Origin: Achromobacter sp. | Lineage (GTDB): Bacteria; Pseudomonadota; Gammaproteobacteria; Burkholderiales; Burkholderiaceae_B | Length of the DNA: 64,000 nt | NCBI GenBank assembly: GCA_032153965.1 | Contig: JALDYL010000007.1 | Coordinates: 172 to 64,171, forward strand | Reading direction: 5' to 3' | In this document: positions 1-9,491 of the stretch, in pieces | Layout: each line of letters opens with the position of its first letter | How positions within the stretch are numbered: the first letter of the stretch is position 1 | Notes under the pieces: model-generated | Seen by the model: only the letters and a program-made list of their open reading frames with translations | Databases searched by the model: none | Told to the model about the DNA's origin: nothing | Translations under genes and position numbers: made by a program

Positions 1-55
1 AGGTGACTTTCGCGCCTTGCGCCAATGGTCCCAATAGGGAGAGTACGTAGTCCAT
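1..55 (-). CDS. Polar amino-acid ABC transporter permease, N-terminal fragment (runs off the window)
   Basis: Manual translation from ATG at 55: MDYVLSLLGPLAQGAKVT, typical HisM/YecS-type permease start, directly downstream of the binding-protein gene. Confidence 0.7.
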   Translation of the reverse strand, partial: MDYVLSLLGPLAQGAKVT

Positions 56-200
56 GCAGTGGGTTCGCGCCGTCAGCGTCCGTGGACGCCAAGGTTGGAT
101 CGATTCATGAGCAAGCCCGCCTGGCGCATCGGCGCCGCGGCGGGCTGTGGAACTCGGGTCTGGACGCCCGGGCGCGATGGCCGCGGGCGCCGCTCGCCCC

Positions 201-989
201 TTACTTGATGATGTTGGCGCCGAACCACTGGGTGGCGATGCGGCCGGCGGTGCCGTCCTGCTTCATCGAATCCAGGGTCTTGTCCAGCTTGCCCAGCAGT
301 TCGGTGTCGTCCTTGCGCACGCCGACGCCGTAGTCTTCGGTGCCGAAGTTCTCGTCCAGCACGCGGTATTCGCCGGCGCGCTTGCTGATCAGGTAGCGGC
401 CCACCACTTCGTCCACCACGATCGCGTCCAGGCGGCCGGCGGCCAGGTCCATCAGCGCGGTGACGTTGTCGCCGAACTTCTTCACTTCCTTGATCTGGGC
501 GGCCACGGGGTCACGGGCGATGGCGTCGGTGGCGCTGCTGCCGTCCTGGGCGCCGACGGTCTTGCCGGCCAGGTCGTTCTTGACCTTCACGGGCGAGGCG
601 GTGCCCACGATGATGATCTGGTGGTTGGCCATGTAGGGCGCGGTGAAGCTGATGTTCTTCTTGCGCTCTTCGGTGATGGTCAGGCCGTTCCAGAGGACGT
701 CGACGCGCTTGCCGTTGAGTTCGGCTTCCTTGGCGCTCCAGTCGATGGGCTTGAACTCCACTTCCAGGCCCAGGCGCTTGCTGGCTTCCTTGGCCATGTC
801 GATGTCGAAACCGACGATCTGGTTGTTCGAATCGCGGAAACCCATGGGCGGGAAGTTGTCATCCAGGCCAACCACGACCTTCTTGGCGGCAGGCGCCTGC
901 GCGCCGGCGGCGGGCGCATTGTCGCTGGGGCCGCAAGCGGTCAGCAGCGCGGTTGCGGAGGCAAGGAGTACAGCTGTCAGTTTTTTCAT
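201..989 (-). CDS. Polar amino-acid ABC transporter substrate-binding lipoprotein (family 3)
   Basis: Lipobox LLTAC; FPPMGF, GFDIDMA and VDVLWNGLTITEERKK motifs. Confidence 0.93.
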   Translation of the reverse strand: MKKLTAVLLASATALLTACGPSDNAPAAGAQAPAAKKVVVGLDDNFPPMGFRDSNNQIVGFDIDMAKEASKRLGLEVEFKPIDWSAKEAELNGKRVDVLWNGLTITEERKKNISFTAPYMANHQIIIVGTASPVKVKNDLAGKTVGAQDGSSATDAIARDPVAAQIKEVKKFGDNVTALMDLAAGRLDAIVVDEVVGRYLISKRAGEYRVLDENFGTEDYGVGVRKDDTELLGKLDKTLDSMKQDGTAGRIATQWFGANIIK

Positions 990-1156
990 CGTTATGGATG
1001 CGCCGGGCGCAAGAATGAAGAATGCCGGAATGGCCAGTCAAAAAGCCGCGAGCCGGTATTTTATCCTCTTGCGGGAGCGCGATCCGTCCCCCGGGGCAAC
1101 ATTGTCTTCAAAACCGGCTCCGGACGCCCCCGCGCGGCGCCCGGACGCCCTGCGCT

Positions 1157-2143
1157 TCAATCCGGCTTGATCCCGGCCGACTTGATCAGGGTTTCATAGC
1201 GGCCGGCCTCTTCCTTCATGGCAGCCAGCGTGGCCTGGGGCGTGGAGCCGCGCACCAGCAGGCCGCGCGCTTCGTAGGTCTGGCGAAACGATGGATCCGC
1301 CGTGACCGCCGTCACCGCCTGATTGATCCGCGCCACCAGCGCATCCGGCGTCTTGCCCGGGGCGAACAGGGTAAAGACCGTGGACGGGATGCTGCCGGCC
1401 TTGCCGCCCGCCTCCTGCAGCGTCGGCACGTCGGGCATCATCGCGGCCCGTTGCGAGGCGCCCGCCACCAGCACGCGGATCTTGCCGGCCTTGTACTGTT
1501 CCGACACGGCCAGCCCGCCCGCCATGACGCTGTCCACGTCGCCCGCCATGGTCGCGGTCATGGCCGGCGCCACGCCCTTGAACGGCACATAGGTGAACTG
1601 CACGCCCTCGGCGCTGGCCAGCATGGCCATGCCCAGATGGTTCACGTGGCCCTGGCCGCCGGTGCCGACATTGATGCGCTGCGGATTGGCCCGCGCGTAG
1701 TCGATGAATTCCTTATAGGTCTTTGCCGGAAAGGCATTGCTGACCGCCACGTACAGCTGCACCTGGCCCAGGTCGGTGACGGGCTTGAAATCTTCCTGCC
1801 AACGGTACGGCACCTTGGCGTACAGGAAGGGATTGGTCTCCAGCGCCAGCCGGTCCACCATCAGCAGGGTATGGCCGTCGCCCGCCGCCTTGGCGACGTA
1901 GTCGCTGCCGATGATGGCGTTGGCGCCGGGGCGGTTCTCCACCACCACGGTCTTGCCGCTTTCCTTGAAGAGGCGGTTGCCCAGGTCGCGCGCCAGCACG
2001 TCGGGTTCGGTGCCGGGCGGATACGGCACCACGATCTTGACGGTATCCGACGGCCAGGCCTGGGCTGCGGCCTGGGCGGCGGGCAACAGCGCCAGCGCGG
2101 CCCACAAGACGGGTTGCAAACAACAACGGTACGGCGATCCCAT
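1157..2143 (-). CDS. Bug/TctC tripartite tricarboxylate transporter substrate-binding protein
   Basis: Signal peptide, WP..VKIVVPYPPG, VENRPGA, VPFKG, PDVPT motifs. Confidence 0.92.
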   Translation of the reverse strand: MGSPYRCCLQPVLWAALALLPAAQAAAQAWPSDTVKIVVPYPPGTEPDVLARDLGNRLFKESGKTVVVENRPGANAIIGSDYVAKAAGDGHTLLMVDRLALETNPFLYAKVPYRWQEDFKPVTDLGQVQLYVAVSNAFPAKTYKEFIDYARANPQRINVGTGGQGHVNHLGMAMLASAEGVQFTYVPFKGVAPAMTATMAGDVDSVMAGGLAVSEQYKAGKIRVLVAGASQRAAMMPDVPTLQEAGGKAGSIPSTVFTLFAPGKTPDALVARINQAVTAVTADPSFRQTYEARGLLVRGSTPQATLAAMKEEAGRYETLIKSAGIKPD

Positions 2144-2251
2144 GGTACTTCCCCTTGTATATGTCGTTCCGGAAGCGTCCGGCGACTGAGTTGCCGCTCT
2201 GGGCCAGGACGGACCCGGGCGGCTGGAAATCCAGATCAGGACCGGTCCGCT

Positions 2252-3847
2252 TCACCAGCGGCCGATCAGAATGCCCATCATCCGTTCGTGCGCATGCGTG
2301 CGCTGGCGTACTTCCTCGTCGGTTTCGGTGGCGCGGCGTTTGAGGCCTTCATGCCAGTCCAGCAGCGCCGAGCGCATCCGCGCCGCCACCGGCGCCATAC
2401 CCGGATCGACGCCCAGGTCGTGCAGCTCGCCCGGGTCGTCGCGCAGGTCGAACAATTGCGCGGGATAGCCTTGCCAATGCAGGTACTTGTAGCGCTCGTC
2501 GCGCACCATCAGGCCGGTGCATTCGCGTTCTCCGCGTCCCAGGAACAGGCGCGCCTCGCGGTAGGCGTAGTCCAGGCTGCCTACCACGTACTCGCGCACG
2601 GGCGGCGCCGCGTCGGAATTCCCGCGGATCCCCGGCAGCAGCGAGCGGCCCTCGATGCGGTGTTCTTGCCCCGGCAGCGCCAATGCCTCCAGCACCGTGG
2701 GAACGATGTCTATGCATTCGACGAAGGCGTCGCTGCGGGTGCCGCGGGTCGCGTCGGCGGCGGACGCCGGGTCATGGACCAGGCAAGGCACGCGCATCGC
2801 GCTCTCGTAGAAGTACTCTTTTTCGCCCAGCCAGTGGTCGCCCAGGTGGTCGCCGTGGTCCGAGGTGAAGAGGATCAGCGTGTCCTTCAGTCGGCCGCTG
2901 CGCTCCAGGTAGTCCAGCAGCCGGCCGATCTGGTCGTCGATCTGCTTGACCAGCCCCATGTAGACCGGCCGTATGCCGCGCCAGACTTCGTCGCGGGCGA
3001 AGGACTCCGACTCTTCCAGCCGCTGGTAAGCGCCATGCACCGGATGCGGGCGCTCCCGTTCCGCCTGCGAGCGCACCGGCGGCGCGCAGTCTTGCGCGCC
3101 GTACATGGCGTGGTAAGGCGCCGGCGCCTTGTACGGCCAGTGCGGCTTGATGTAGGAAAGATGCAACGCCCAGGGCTTGTCGCCCTGCTCCTGCATGAAT
3201 CCCAGGGCGCGATCCGTGAGATAGGCCGTCTCGGAGTCGGCCGCGTCCACCCGGGCGGGCAACGGCGCGTTGCGCATCAGCCAGCCGCTGGCGATGCTGC
3301 CGTCGGCGGCCTGGCTGCCCACCACGTAGTCTTCCCAGGGCCGCTCGCTGTCGTAGCCGCGTTCGCGCAGGTAGCGGCGGTACGGGCTGTCCTTGGCCAG
3401 TTCGAAATGGCCGTCGTAGCGCTCGATCGGCACGAAGCCGCCTTGCAGGAAGCGTTGTTCGTCCTCGGCCGCATAGCCCTTGCCCCGCAATCCGGCGCGG
3501 TCGGGCACGAAGTGCGTCTTGCCCAGCAGGTGCAGCGGCAGTCCGGCCTGGGCCAGGTATTCGCCCAGGCACCATTCGTCCACCGGATGCGGCACGCGGT
3601 TCCAGGTGACGCGGTGCGACAGCGGATAGCGGCCTGTGTAGTAGGACGCGCGCGACGGGCCGCAGACCGCGGATGTCACGTAGGCCCGGTCGTATTGAAC
3701 CCCCATGCGCGCCAGCCGGTCGATGTGGGGCGTGCGCAAGGCGCCGGCCCCGCCATAACAGGACAGGTGGTCCGCGCGCAGCTGGTCGCACATGATGAAC
3801 AGCACGTTGCGGACCGGGTTGGTCCCGCTTTGGGCAGGCGCGTTCAT
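2252..3847 (-). CDS. Cys-type sulfatase, arylsulfatase/phosphonate monoester hydrolase branch
   Basis: NVLFIMCDQLR, CGPSR formylglycine motif, GKTH, YIKPHWPY, SDHGD..GDHW.GEK; no signal peptide. Confidence 0.9.
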   Translation of the reverse strand: MNAPAQSGTNPVRNVLFIMCDQLRADHLSCYGGAGALRTPHIDRLARMGVQYDRAYVTSAVCGPSRASYYTGRYPLSHRVTWNRVPHPVDEWCLGEYLAQAGLPLHLLGKTHFVPDRAGLRGKGYAAEDEQRFLQGGFVPIERYDGHFELAKDSPYRRYLRERGYDSERPWEDYVVGSQAADGSIASGWLMRNAPLPARVDAADSETAYLTDRALGFMQEQGDKPWALHLSYIKPHWPYKAPAPYHAMYGAQDCAPPVRSQAERERPHPVHGAYQRLEESESFARDEVWRGIRPVYMGLVKQIDDQIGRLLDYLERSGRLKDTLILFTSDHGDHLGDHWLGEKEYFYESAMRVPCLVHDPASAADATRGTRSDAFVECIDIVPTVLEALALPGQEHRIEGRSLLPGIRGNSDAAPPVREYVVGSLDYAYREARLFLGRGERECTGLMVRDERYKYLHWQGYPAQLFDLRDDPGELHDLGVDPGMAPVAARMRSALLDWHEGLKRRATETDEEVRQRTHAHERMMGILIGRW

Positions 3848-5538
3848 GGCTGGGCTCCGTTCAGCATGGCCGCCGGCGCGTGCGCCGGGTTGCTAGCCTG
3901 CGCCGCCGGTTGGCTCGCGGCTACCACCGCGCCCGGCACGAAGCGGGCGGCGTAACGGCCCAGGGTGTCGGCCGCGTCCTCGCGCCGGCCCAGCGCCGCG
4001 ACGTAACGGTCCGGACGCACCAGCACCCAGTCCGCGCGGGTGCGCTGGAACCAGAAGTGCAGCGCATTTTCCGTGTCCTGCAGCACGGGCAAGGCCCCGG
4101 CCTGCAGTTCGTCGGGATCGCAACCGCTACGCGCGCGCTGCGCTGCCACATAGCGGCAGCCCAGCTTGTCCAGCTGCGCGCGCAGGGCCGGCGGCAGCCC
4201 GGCGCGCGGATCGCGTCGCCACCCTATCAGGGCGAAGCCCGCGCCCAGCGCTTCGTCCAGGCGCTGCGCGGCGCCGTTCTCGCCTTCCACCAGCGGCTGG
4301 ATGAACATGCGGCCGATGCACTCGCGCTGCGTCTTGTCGGCGCTGTCGCCCACCACGCCGCGGCTGTAGCGCGGCATGGGCTTGAACTTCATCTGCAACA
4401 CATAGTCGCGGATTTTCGGAATATTCCGAATCGACAGGAAGAACGTGTCGCGCAGCGCCGCCAGCACCGGGTTGGTCTGCGACAGCATGGCGCCGAACAT
4501 GTCGGCCAGCGAGATCATGGCGCGGGCATGGCTGTGGCGTTCGTCGTGATAGCTCTGCAAGGCGGCCGGGTCCAGGCGGCCCTGCACGATCCACGCCACC
4601 TTCCAGGCCAGGTTGAAAGCGTCGCGCAGGCCGGCATTCAGGCCCTGGCCGATCCAGGGCGGGGTCAGATGCGCGGCGTCGCCGGCCAGACAGACCCGGC
4701 CCGAGACGAAGCTGCGCGCCACCCGGGAATTATGGGTATAGACCCGCGCACGGATGACGTTGAGCCTGGCCGGATCGGCCACGTGGTGGCGCAGCAGTTC
4801 CTGCACCTTCTCGGGCTGCAGCATCTGTTCGCCGTCCTCTCCGGGAAACAGCATGAACTCCCAGCGCCGCAGGCCGTAAGGCAGGCGCAGGCAGACATAG
4901 GGACGGCGCGGTTCGCAATGCAGCGCGGTGTAAGGCGCGTCCAGCGGGTCCTGGTCGCATTCGATGACCACCCATTTGCGCGGATGCGTGTTGCCGTCGA
5001 AGGGCAATTGCAGAATGCGCTCGCGCACCGCGCTGCGCCCGCCGTCGGCGGCCAGCAGGTACTGCGTGCGGATCTCGCGCTCGGCGCCCTCGGCATCGCG
5101 CACCCGCACCGTGACGCCGCGCTCGTCCTGCGCCAGCGACAGCAGCTCGCTGCCGAGTTCCAGCGTCACATGGGGAAAGCGCCGCAATCCGGCGCGCAGG
5201 GTGCGTTCGCCCAGCGGCTGCGAAAACAGGTTGCGGCGATACCAGCCGAACTCGCGCGTGGCCGGCAGGATCTCGGCAAAGCAGCGCTTGTTCCGCGTGT
5301 ACATGCGCATGGGCACGTTCTGGATCATGTCGCGCAGCATCTCGTCGGCCAGGCCCGCGCTCTGGAAGGTGCGCATGGCCTCGTCGTCCAGGCCTACCGC
5401 GCGCGGGTAGTCCAGCACGTCCTGGTTGCGTTCCAGCACCAGCGTTTCCACGCCGTAGCTGCCCAGCAGATTGGCCAGCGTCACGCCGACCGGCCCGGCG
5501 CCCACCACCAGCACCGGCACTTCTACGATATGCGCCAT
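3844..5538 (-). CDS. mhpA: FAD-dependent phenolic hydroxylase, MhpA-like (3-hydroxyphenylpropionate hydroxylase family)
   Basis: Start set at MAHIVEVPVLVVGAGPVG (ATG 5538); ADGGRS and LAGDAAH..PP..GQGLN.G.RDA.NL.WK fingerprints, C-terminal VRPDRY. Exact substrate not established. Confidence 0.82.
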   Translation of the reverse strand: MAHIVEVPVLVVGAGPVGVTLANLLGSYGVETLVLERNQDVLDYPRAVGLDDEAMRTFQSAGLADEMLRDMIQNVPMRMYTRNKRCFAEILPATREFGWYRRNLFSQPLGERTLRAGLRRFPHVTLELGSELLSLAQDERGVTVRVRDAEGAEREIRTQYLLAADGGRSAVRERILQLPFDGNTHPRKWVVIECDQDPLDAPYTALHCEPRRPYVCLRLPYGLRRWEFMLFPGEDGEQMLQPEKVQELLRHHVADPARLNVIRARVYTHNSRVARSFVSGRVCLAGDAAHLTPPWIGQGLNAGLRDAFNLAWKVAWIVQGRLDPAALQSYHDERHSHARAMISLADMFGAMLSQTNPVLAALRDTFFLSIRNIPKIRDYVLQMKFKPMPRYSRGVVGDSADKTQRECIGRMFIQPLVEGENGAAQRLDEALGAGFALIGWRRDPRAGLPPALRAQLDKLGCRYVAAQRARSGCDPDELQAGALPVLQDTENALHFWFQRTRADWVLVRPDRYVAALGRREDAADTLGRYAARFVPGAVVAASQPAAQASNPAHAPAAMLNGAQP

Positions 5539-5584
5539 CTCGGCTCTCCCTTGGATTCTTGTCTTATGCCTGGCGGGTTTCGCC

Positions 5585-6427
5585 TCAGGGGCGCCGCAGG
5601 AACCCGCCCACGGCCTGCTCGAAGGCGGCCGGCCGGTCGTCATGGATGTAATGGCCGGCGCCTTCGATCTCGACCCATTCCACGTTCGGGTTGCGCGCCG
5701 CCATGTCGCGGGCGGTCTGGGCCTGCAGGTAGTCCGAACGCCCGCCGCGCACGACCAGGGTCGGACAGCCCAGCGCCTGGACCTGCGGCCACAGGTCCAC
5801 CACGCGCGCCGGATCGGGATCCAGCCGGGTGGCGGCGATGCCGGCATGGTCGTGGTGCCAGGTCCAGCCGCCCGCCCCGTCTTGCTTCAGCATGTGGCGC
5901 AGCCGTTCCTCGCGGGCGGCCTCGGTCACGCTGGGCCGCAGTGCGCGCAGGTATGCGCGCGCCGCGGCGATGTCGGCAAAAGACTCGGGCGTCTCGCGCA
6001 GTTCGCGCTGGATGCGCGCTGCGCCCGCGCTGCCTTCGAAAGCGGCGGGACCGGCGTCCTCGACGATCAGGCGCCGCACCCGCTGCGGGTAACGGGCGGC
6101 GAAGACGATGGCGGCGATGCCGCCCATCGAATGGCCCAGCAGGTCGAAGCGGTCCAGGCCCAGGGCGTCAGCCACGCCCGCCAGATCGTCAACGTAGGCG
6201 TCGGTGTAGTAGTTGCGCTGCGGATCCCAGCTGCTGGCGCCGCGCCCGCGTTGGTCGTAGGCCAGCACGCGGAACTCCGGCTGCAAGGCTTGCGCGATGC
6301 CGGCGAAGGTCTCGGCGTAGCCCCGGATGCCGTGCAGCATGAATAGCGGACGCCCTGCCTGCGGGCCCCACTCGGTCAGACGCAGGGTCATGCCGTTGAC
6401 GGCGATGTCGGTGTCGCGGCGTTGCAT
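5585..6427 (-). CDS. Alpha/beta hydrolase
   Basis: LHG oxyanion motif, DQRGRG, GHSMGG nucleophile elbow, AGH catalytic His. Confidence 0.9.
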   Translation of the reverse strand: MQRRDTDIAVNGMTLRLTEWGPQAGRPLFMLHGIRGYAETFAGIAQALQPEFRVLAYDQRGRGASSWDPQRNYYTDAYVDDLAGVADALGLDRFDLLGHSMGGIAAIVFAARYPQRVRRLIVEDAGPAAFEGSAGAARIQRELRETPESFADIAAARAYLRALRPSVTEAAREERLRHMLKQDGAGGWTWHHDHAGIAATRLDPDPARVVDLWPQVQALGCPTLVVRGGRSDYLQAQTARDMAARNPNVEWVEIEGAGHYIHDDRPAAFEQAVGGFLRRP

Positions 6428-6439
6428 GTGGGTGTCCTT

Positions 6440-7042
6440 TCAGCAGAGTCCGTCTTTGCCCTGGATTTCGCTGGCAGGGATGCCGCCCAGGCGCGCATGC
6501 AGGCGGCCGCGGGTGGCGAAGGCGAAGGCGATCAGCACTTCGTCGCGGTTGGGCGCGTCGCCGAACAGCGCGGTCACGCTGTCGTAGTGCGAACGGACAT
6601 AGAGCGCGTCCTTGTGCGCCAGCGGAATGTCGATGACGGTGCCGGGGCCGCCGCGCTTGCCGGTGGAAGGCACCCAGGCCTTGCCGCCGCCGAGCGCCGC
6701 GCGCACGGGCTCGGCGAAGATGGTGGTCAACAGCGCGTTGCCGTGCTCGTACTCGCCGTCCGTGCCCACCACGCAGGCCTTGCCGTAGCTTTCCAGCGGC
6801 TGGCCGCCGGCCGCGGCGATGATGCGCCGGCCGAATTCCTCGCCCAGCATGCCCGAGGGTGCGACGTAGCCCGACAGGTCGCGCTCGAAGCGTCCCGCAT
6901 AGGGGTTGTGCAGCGCGGCCGCGATGACGATCCTGCGCAGCGGCTCGCCGTCGGCCGGTTCGCCGGTTTCAGTAGTCAGGGTGTCGTCGATCTGCAAATA
7001 CCATTTGCGGATGCGGTAGGGGCCGAAGTTATTGTTGTTCAT
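6440..7042 (-). CDS. DUF1185 ('amino acid synthesis') family protein
   Basis: NPYAG, ESYGKA, GEYEHG, IPLAHK, RSHYD motifs. Confidence 0.85.
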   Translation of the reverse strand: MNNNNFGPYRIRKWYLQIDDTLTTETGEPADGEPLRRIVIAAALHNPYAGRFERDLSGYVAPSGMLGEEFGRRIIAAAGGQPLESYGKACVVGTDGEYEHGNALLTTIFAEPVRAALGGGKAWVPSTGKRGGPGTVIDIPLAHKDALYVRSHYDSVTALFGDAPNRDEVLIAFAFATRGRLHARLGGIPASEIQGKDGLC

Positions 7043-7091
7043 GGATGCTCCAGGAAGTGTGGGATCAGAAAGGAATACGCCGCGCGGGCTG

Positions 7092-7577
7092 TCAAAGAGG
7101 GTCCAGCGTCATGGGGACGCTGGGCGCGTTGTGGTCATGCAAGACCCGCTTGCCCTCTTCGTCGCCGTGCACGGTTTCGCAGAAGAACTCGAAGCGGTGG
7201 CCGTCCGGGTCGGTGAAGTACAGGCCGTAGCCGACCTTGTGGTCGGTGATCTTCACCACCTCCACGCCCTTGGCCAGCAACATGCCGTAGAGGCGGCGCA
7301 GTTCGTCCACGTCGCCCTCGATCTCCAGGCCGTAGTGCTGCATGTTGACCGGGCCGCGGGCGGGCTCGCCTTCGGCCGCGCGGATCAGGGCGATGTCATG
7401 GTGCTTGCGGCCGAAGGACAGGAATACCCATTGCTCGCCGCGCGCGGTCTCCTGCATGCCGAGCACGGATTCGTACCAGGGCGCCGACGCGAACGGGTCC
7501 CGCACGAACAGGGCCAGGTGGGTGCGCGCGATGCGCGGCCGGCGGTCTGCCGGCGCAAGCGTGGTGATGGTGGACAT
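7092..7577 (-). CDS. VOC-family protein, probable single-domain extradiol dioxygenase
   Basis: THLAL, HHDIAL, QHYGL, DH...GLYFTDPDGHRFEF metal-site pattern. Confidence 0.78.
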   Translation of the reverse strand: MSTITTLAPADRRPRIARTHLALFVRDPFASAPWYESVLGMQETARGEQWVFLSFGRKHHDIALIRAAEGEPARGPVNMQHYGLEIEGDVDELRRLYGMLLAKGVEVVKITDHKVGYGLYFTDPDGHRFEFFCETVHGDEEGKRVLHDHNAPSVPMTLDPL

Positions 7578-7596
7578 GGCGGTCTCGGGCGGAGTG

Positions 7597-8637
7597 TCAG
7601 TTGATGGACTGGGGATGCGCGGTCACGGGCGCGGCATACGGCGTCCAGGCCACGGCGGTGATTTCGCTGAAGTCGCGCCATTCCTTGAACCAGCTGCGGC
7701 CTCCGTCGGTGGAACGGAACAGATGGCCATACTTGGTGCCGGCGAACGCCAGCCGCGGGTCGGCGGCGTGCACGCCGAAGGCCCAGAAGGTGGAATTGGG
7801 CGGCGTGTGCAGCAGCGCCGGCTGCCAGTTGCGGCCGCGGTCGGACGAACGGTAGATCCTGCTGCGCGTGCCCGGCGTGCCGTCGCCGATGGCCAGCAGC
7901 AGCGTGTCGGGATCGTCCGGCAGCGCCTGCACCGTGCGGGTGTAGTACATGCCGTCAAAGCGCGACTTGGAGGCCACGCCCTCCCAGCGCCGGCCGTCCT
8001 CGCTCAGGTAGACGGAGTTCACGGTCAGAACCATGGCGGCCTTGGATGCGCTGGCCGTGGCCGGCAGCACCGCCACACAATGGATGTCGGGGTTGGCGAT
8101 GGCATCGGCATTGCCTTCTTCGTCCTGGCGCGACCAGCTATCGCCGCCATCGCGGCTGTGCCAAAGGCCCCCTTCCTCGACCCCGAACCAGACCTCGCGG
8201 CCGTCGTCCGGATCGACGCAGACCGACAGGATGCGCGGACGGTTCACGCCGCGGCAGAATTCCGGCAGCTCGGGCGACAGGCGCTGCCAGCTGGCGCCGC
8301 CGTCCACCGAACGGAACATGGCCGCGCGCGACGGCGCGCCGGTGCCGGCGTACATGCGCCGCGGGTCTGTCGGGTCGATGTCCATGGCCCAGACGGTCAT
8401 GCCGTTCATGGGGCTGTCCACCCGCGTGAAATGCGCGCCGCCGTCGGTGCTGACGCACATGCCGGCGTCGGCGCCGGCAAACACGCGGCGCGGATCGGCC
8501 GGGTCCACGGCCAGGCTGCGCACCGTGCCGTCGAACTCGATCGCTTCCTTCAGCCCCAGGCGGTGCCAGGTGGCGCCGTCGTCCACGCTGCGCAATATTC
8601 CTTGGCCGGCCGTGCCGACCAGTATCGTGCCTTGCAT
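7597..8637 (-). CDS. BNR/Asp-box seven-bladed beta-propeller protein
   Basis: Seven S-x-D-x-G-x-x-W/F-like boxes (SVDDGATW, STDGGAHF, SVDGGASW, SRDGGDSW, SEDGRRW, SSDRGRNW, STDGGRSW). Confidence 0.85.
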   Translation of the reverse strand: MQGTILVGTAGQGILRSVDDGATWHRLGLKEAIEFDGTVRSLAVDPADPRRVFAGADAGMCVSTDGGAHFTRVDSPMNGMTVWAMDIDPTDPRRMYAGTGAPSRAAMFRSVDGGASWQRLSPELPEFCRGVNRPRILSVCVDPDDGREVWFGVEEGGLWHSRDGGDSWSRQDEEGNADAIANPDIHCVAVLPATASASKAAMVLTVNSVYLSEDGRRWEGVASKSRFDGMYYTRTVQALPDDPDTLLLAIGDGTPGTRSRIYRSSDRGRNWQPALLHTPPNSTFWAFGVHAADPRLAFAGTKYGHLFRSTDGGRSWFKEWRDFSEITAVAWTPYAAPVTAHPQSIN

Positions 8638-8667
8638 ATCCAGACTCCCCGAATCAGGTTCAGCGGT

Positions 8668-9462
8668 TCAAAGAAAGATGCCGCGCGTGATGCCGCCATC
8701 CACCCCCAGCGATTCGCCGGTGATGGCGCCCGCCCGCGGCGACGCCAGGAACAGCACCGCGTCGGCGATCTCGGCCGGCTGCAGCACCCGGCGTATGGGC
8801 GTGGCCTTTGCGTAGTTGGCCTCGACCTGGGCGGCGGTCAGCCCCTGCTTGGCGGCTTCCTTTTCATACAGTTCATGGATGTGGGGCGTCTCGACCACGC
8901 CCGGATGGATCACGTTGACCGTGATGCCGTGCGGACCCAGCTGGTCCGACAGGGTCTTGGTCAGGTGGCAGATGGCCACGTTGCGCATGCCCGAGAGCTG
9001 CTTGCTGCCGCGCCCGGTCAGCCCGCCGATGTTGACGATGCGGCCAAAGCCGCCCTGGCGCATGTGCGGCGCCGCCGCCTTGGCGCAGCGCATGTAGCCC
9101 ACCACCTTGATGTTGATGTCTTCCAGCAGGCCCTCGGGATCGGCCTCGTCGATCTCGCTGCGCACCAGCCCGCCGGGGTGGGCCGCGCCGTTGACCAGGA
9201 TGTCGATGCGGCCGAAGTGTTCGGCCACGCGCTGCATCATGGCGTTGACCTGGGCCGTGTCCGACACATCGGCCGCCACGCCTAGTACTTCCACGCCCGT
9301 GGCGCGGGTGATGTCGGCCGCCACTTCGTCCAGCTGCGCCTGGCGGCGCGCCACGATGGCCACGCGCACGCCTTCGGCCGCCAGCGCTTCGGTCACCGCC
9401 CGCCCGATGCCCAGGCTGCCGCCCGTGACCACCGCGACCTTCCCCTTGAGTTGCAAGTCCAT
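8668..9462 (-). CDS. Short-chain dehydrogenase/reductase, atypical active site
   Basis: TGGSLGIG, DILVNGA; YxxxK replaced by SGMRN. Confidence 0.85.
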   Translation of the reverse strand: MDLQLKGKVAVVTGGSLGIGRAVTEALAAEGVRVAIVARRQAQLDEVAADITRATGVEVLGVAADVSDTAQVNAMMQRVAEHFGRIDILVNGAAHPGGLVRSEIDEADPEGLLEDINIKVVGYMRCAKAAAPHMRQGGFGRIVNIGGLTGRGSKQLSGMRNVAICHLTKTLSDQLGPHGITVNVIHPGVVETPHIHELYEKEAAKQGLTAAQVEANYAKATPIRRVLQPAEIADAVLFLASPRAGAITGESLGVDGGITRGIFL

Positions 9463-9491
9463 GCTTTGATGCTCCTTATATATAGCGGCGC

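Noticed and set aside
56-200. GC-rich hairpins between the ABC binding-protein and permease genes as an ncRNA
   Set aside because: No recognisable family features; stems of this kind are expected at this GC content and may only stabilise mRNA
1022-3955. 977-aa plus-strand ORF (and similar long ORFs such as 3880-6342, 7342-9285, 41876-44491, 53278-55245, 57328-59208)
   Set aside because: Antisense shadows of well-supported genes; typical of high-GC codon bias, with no recognisable motifs
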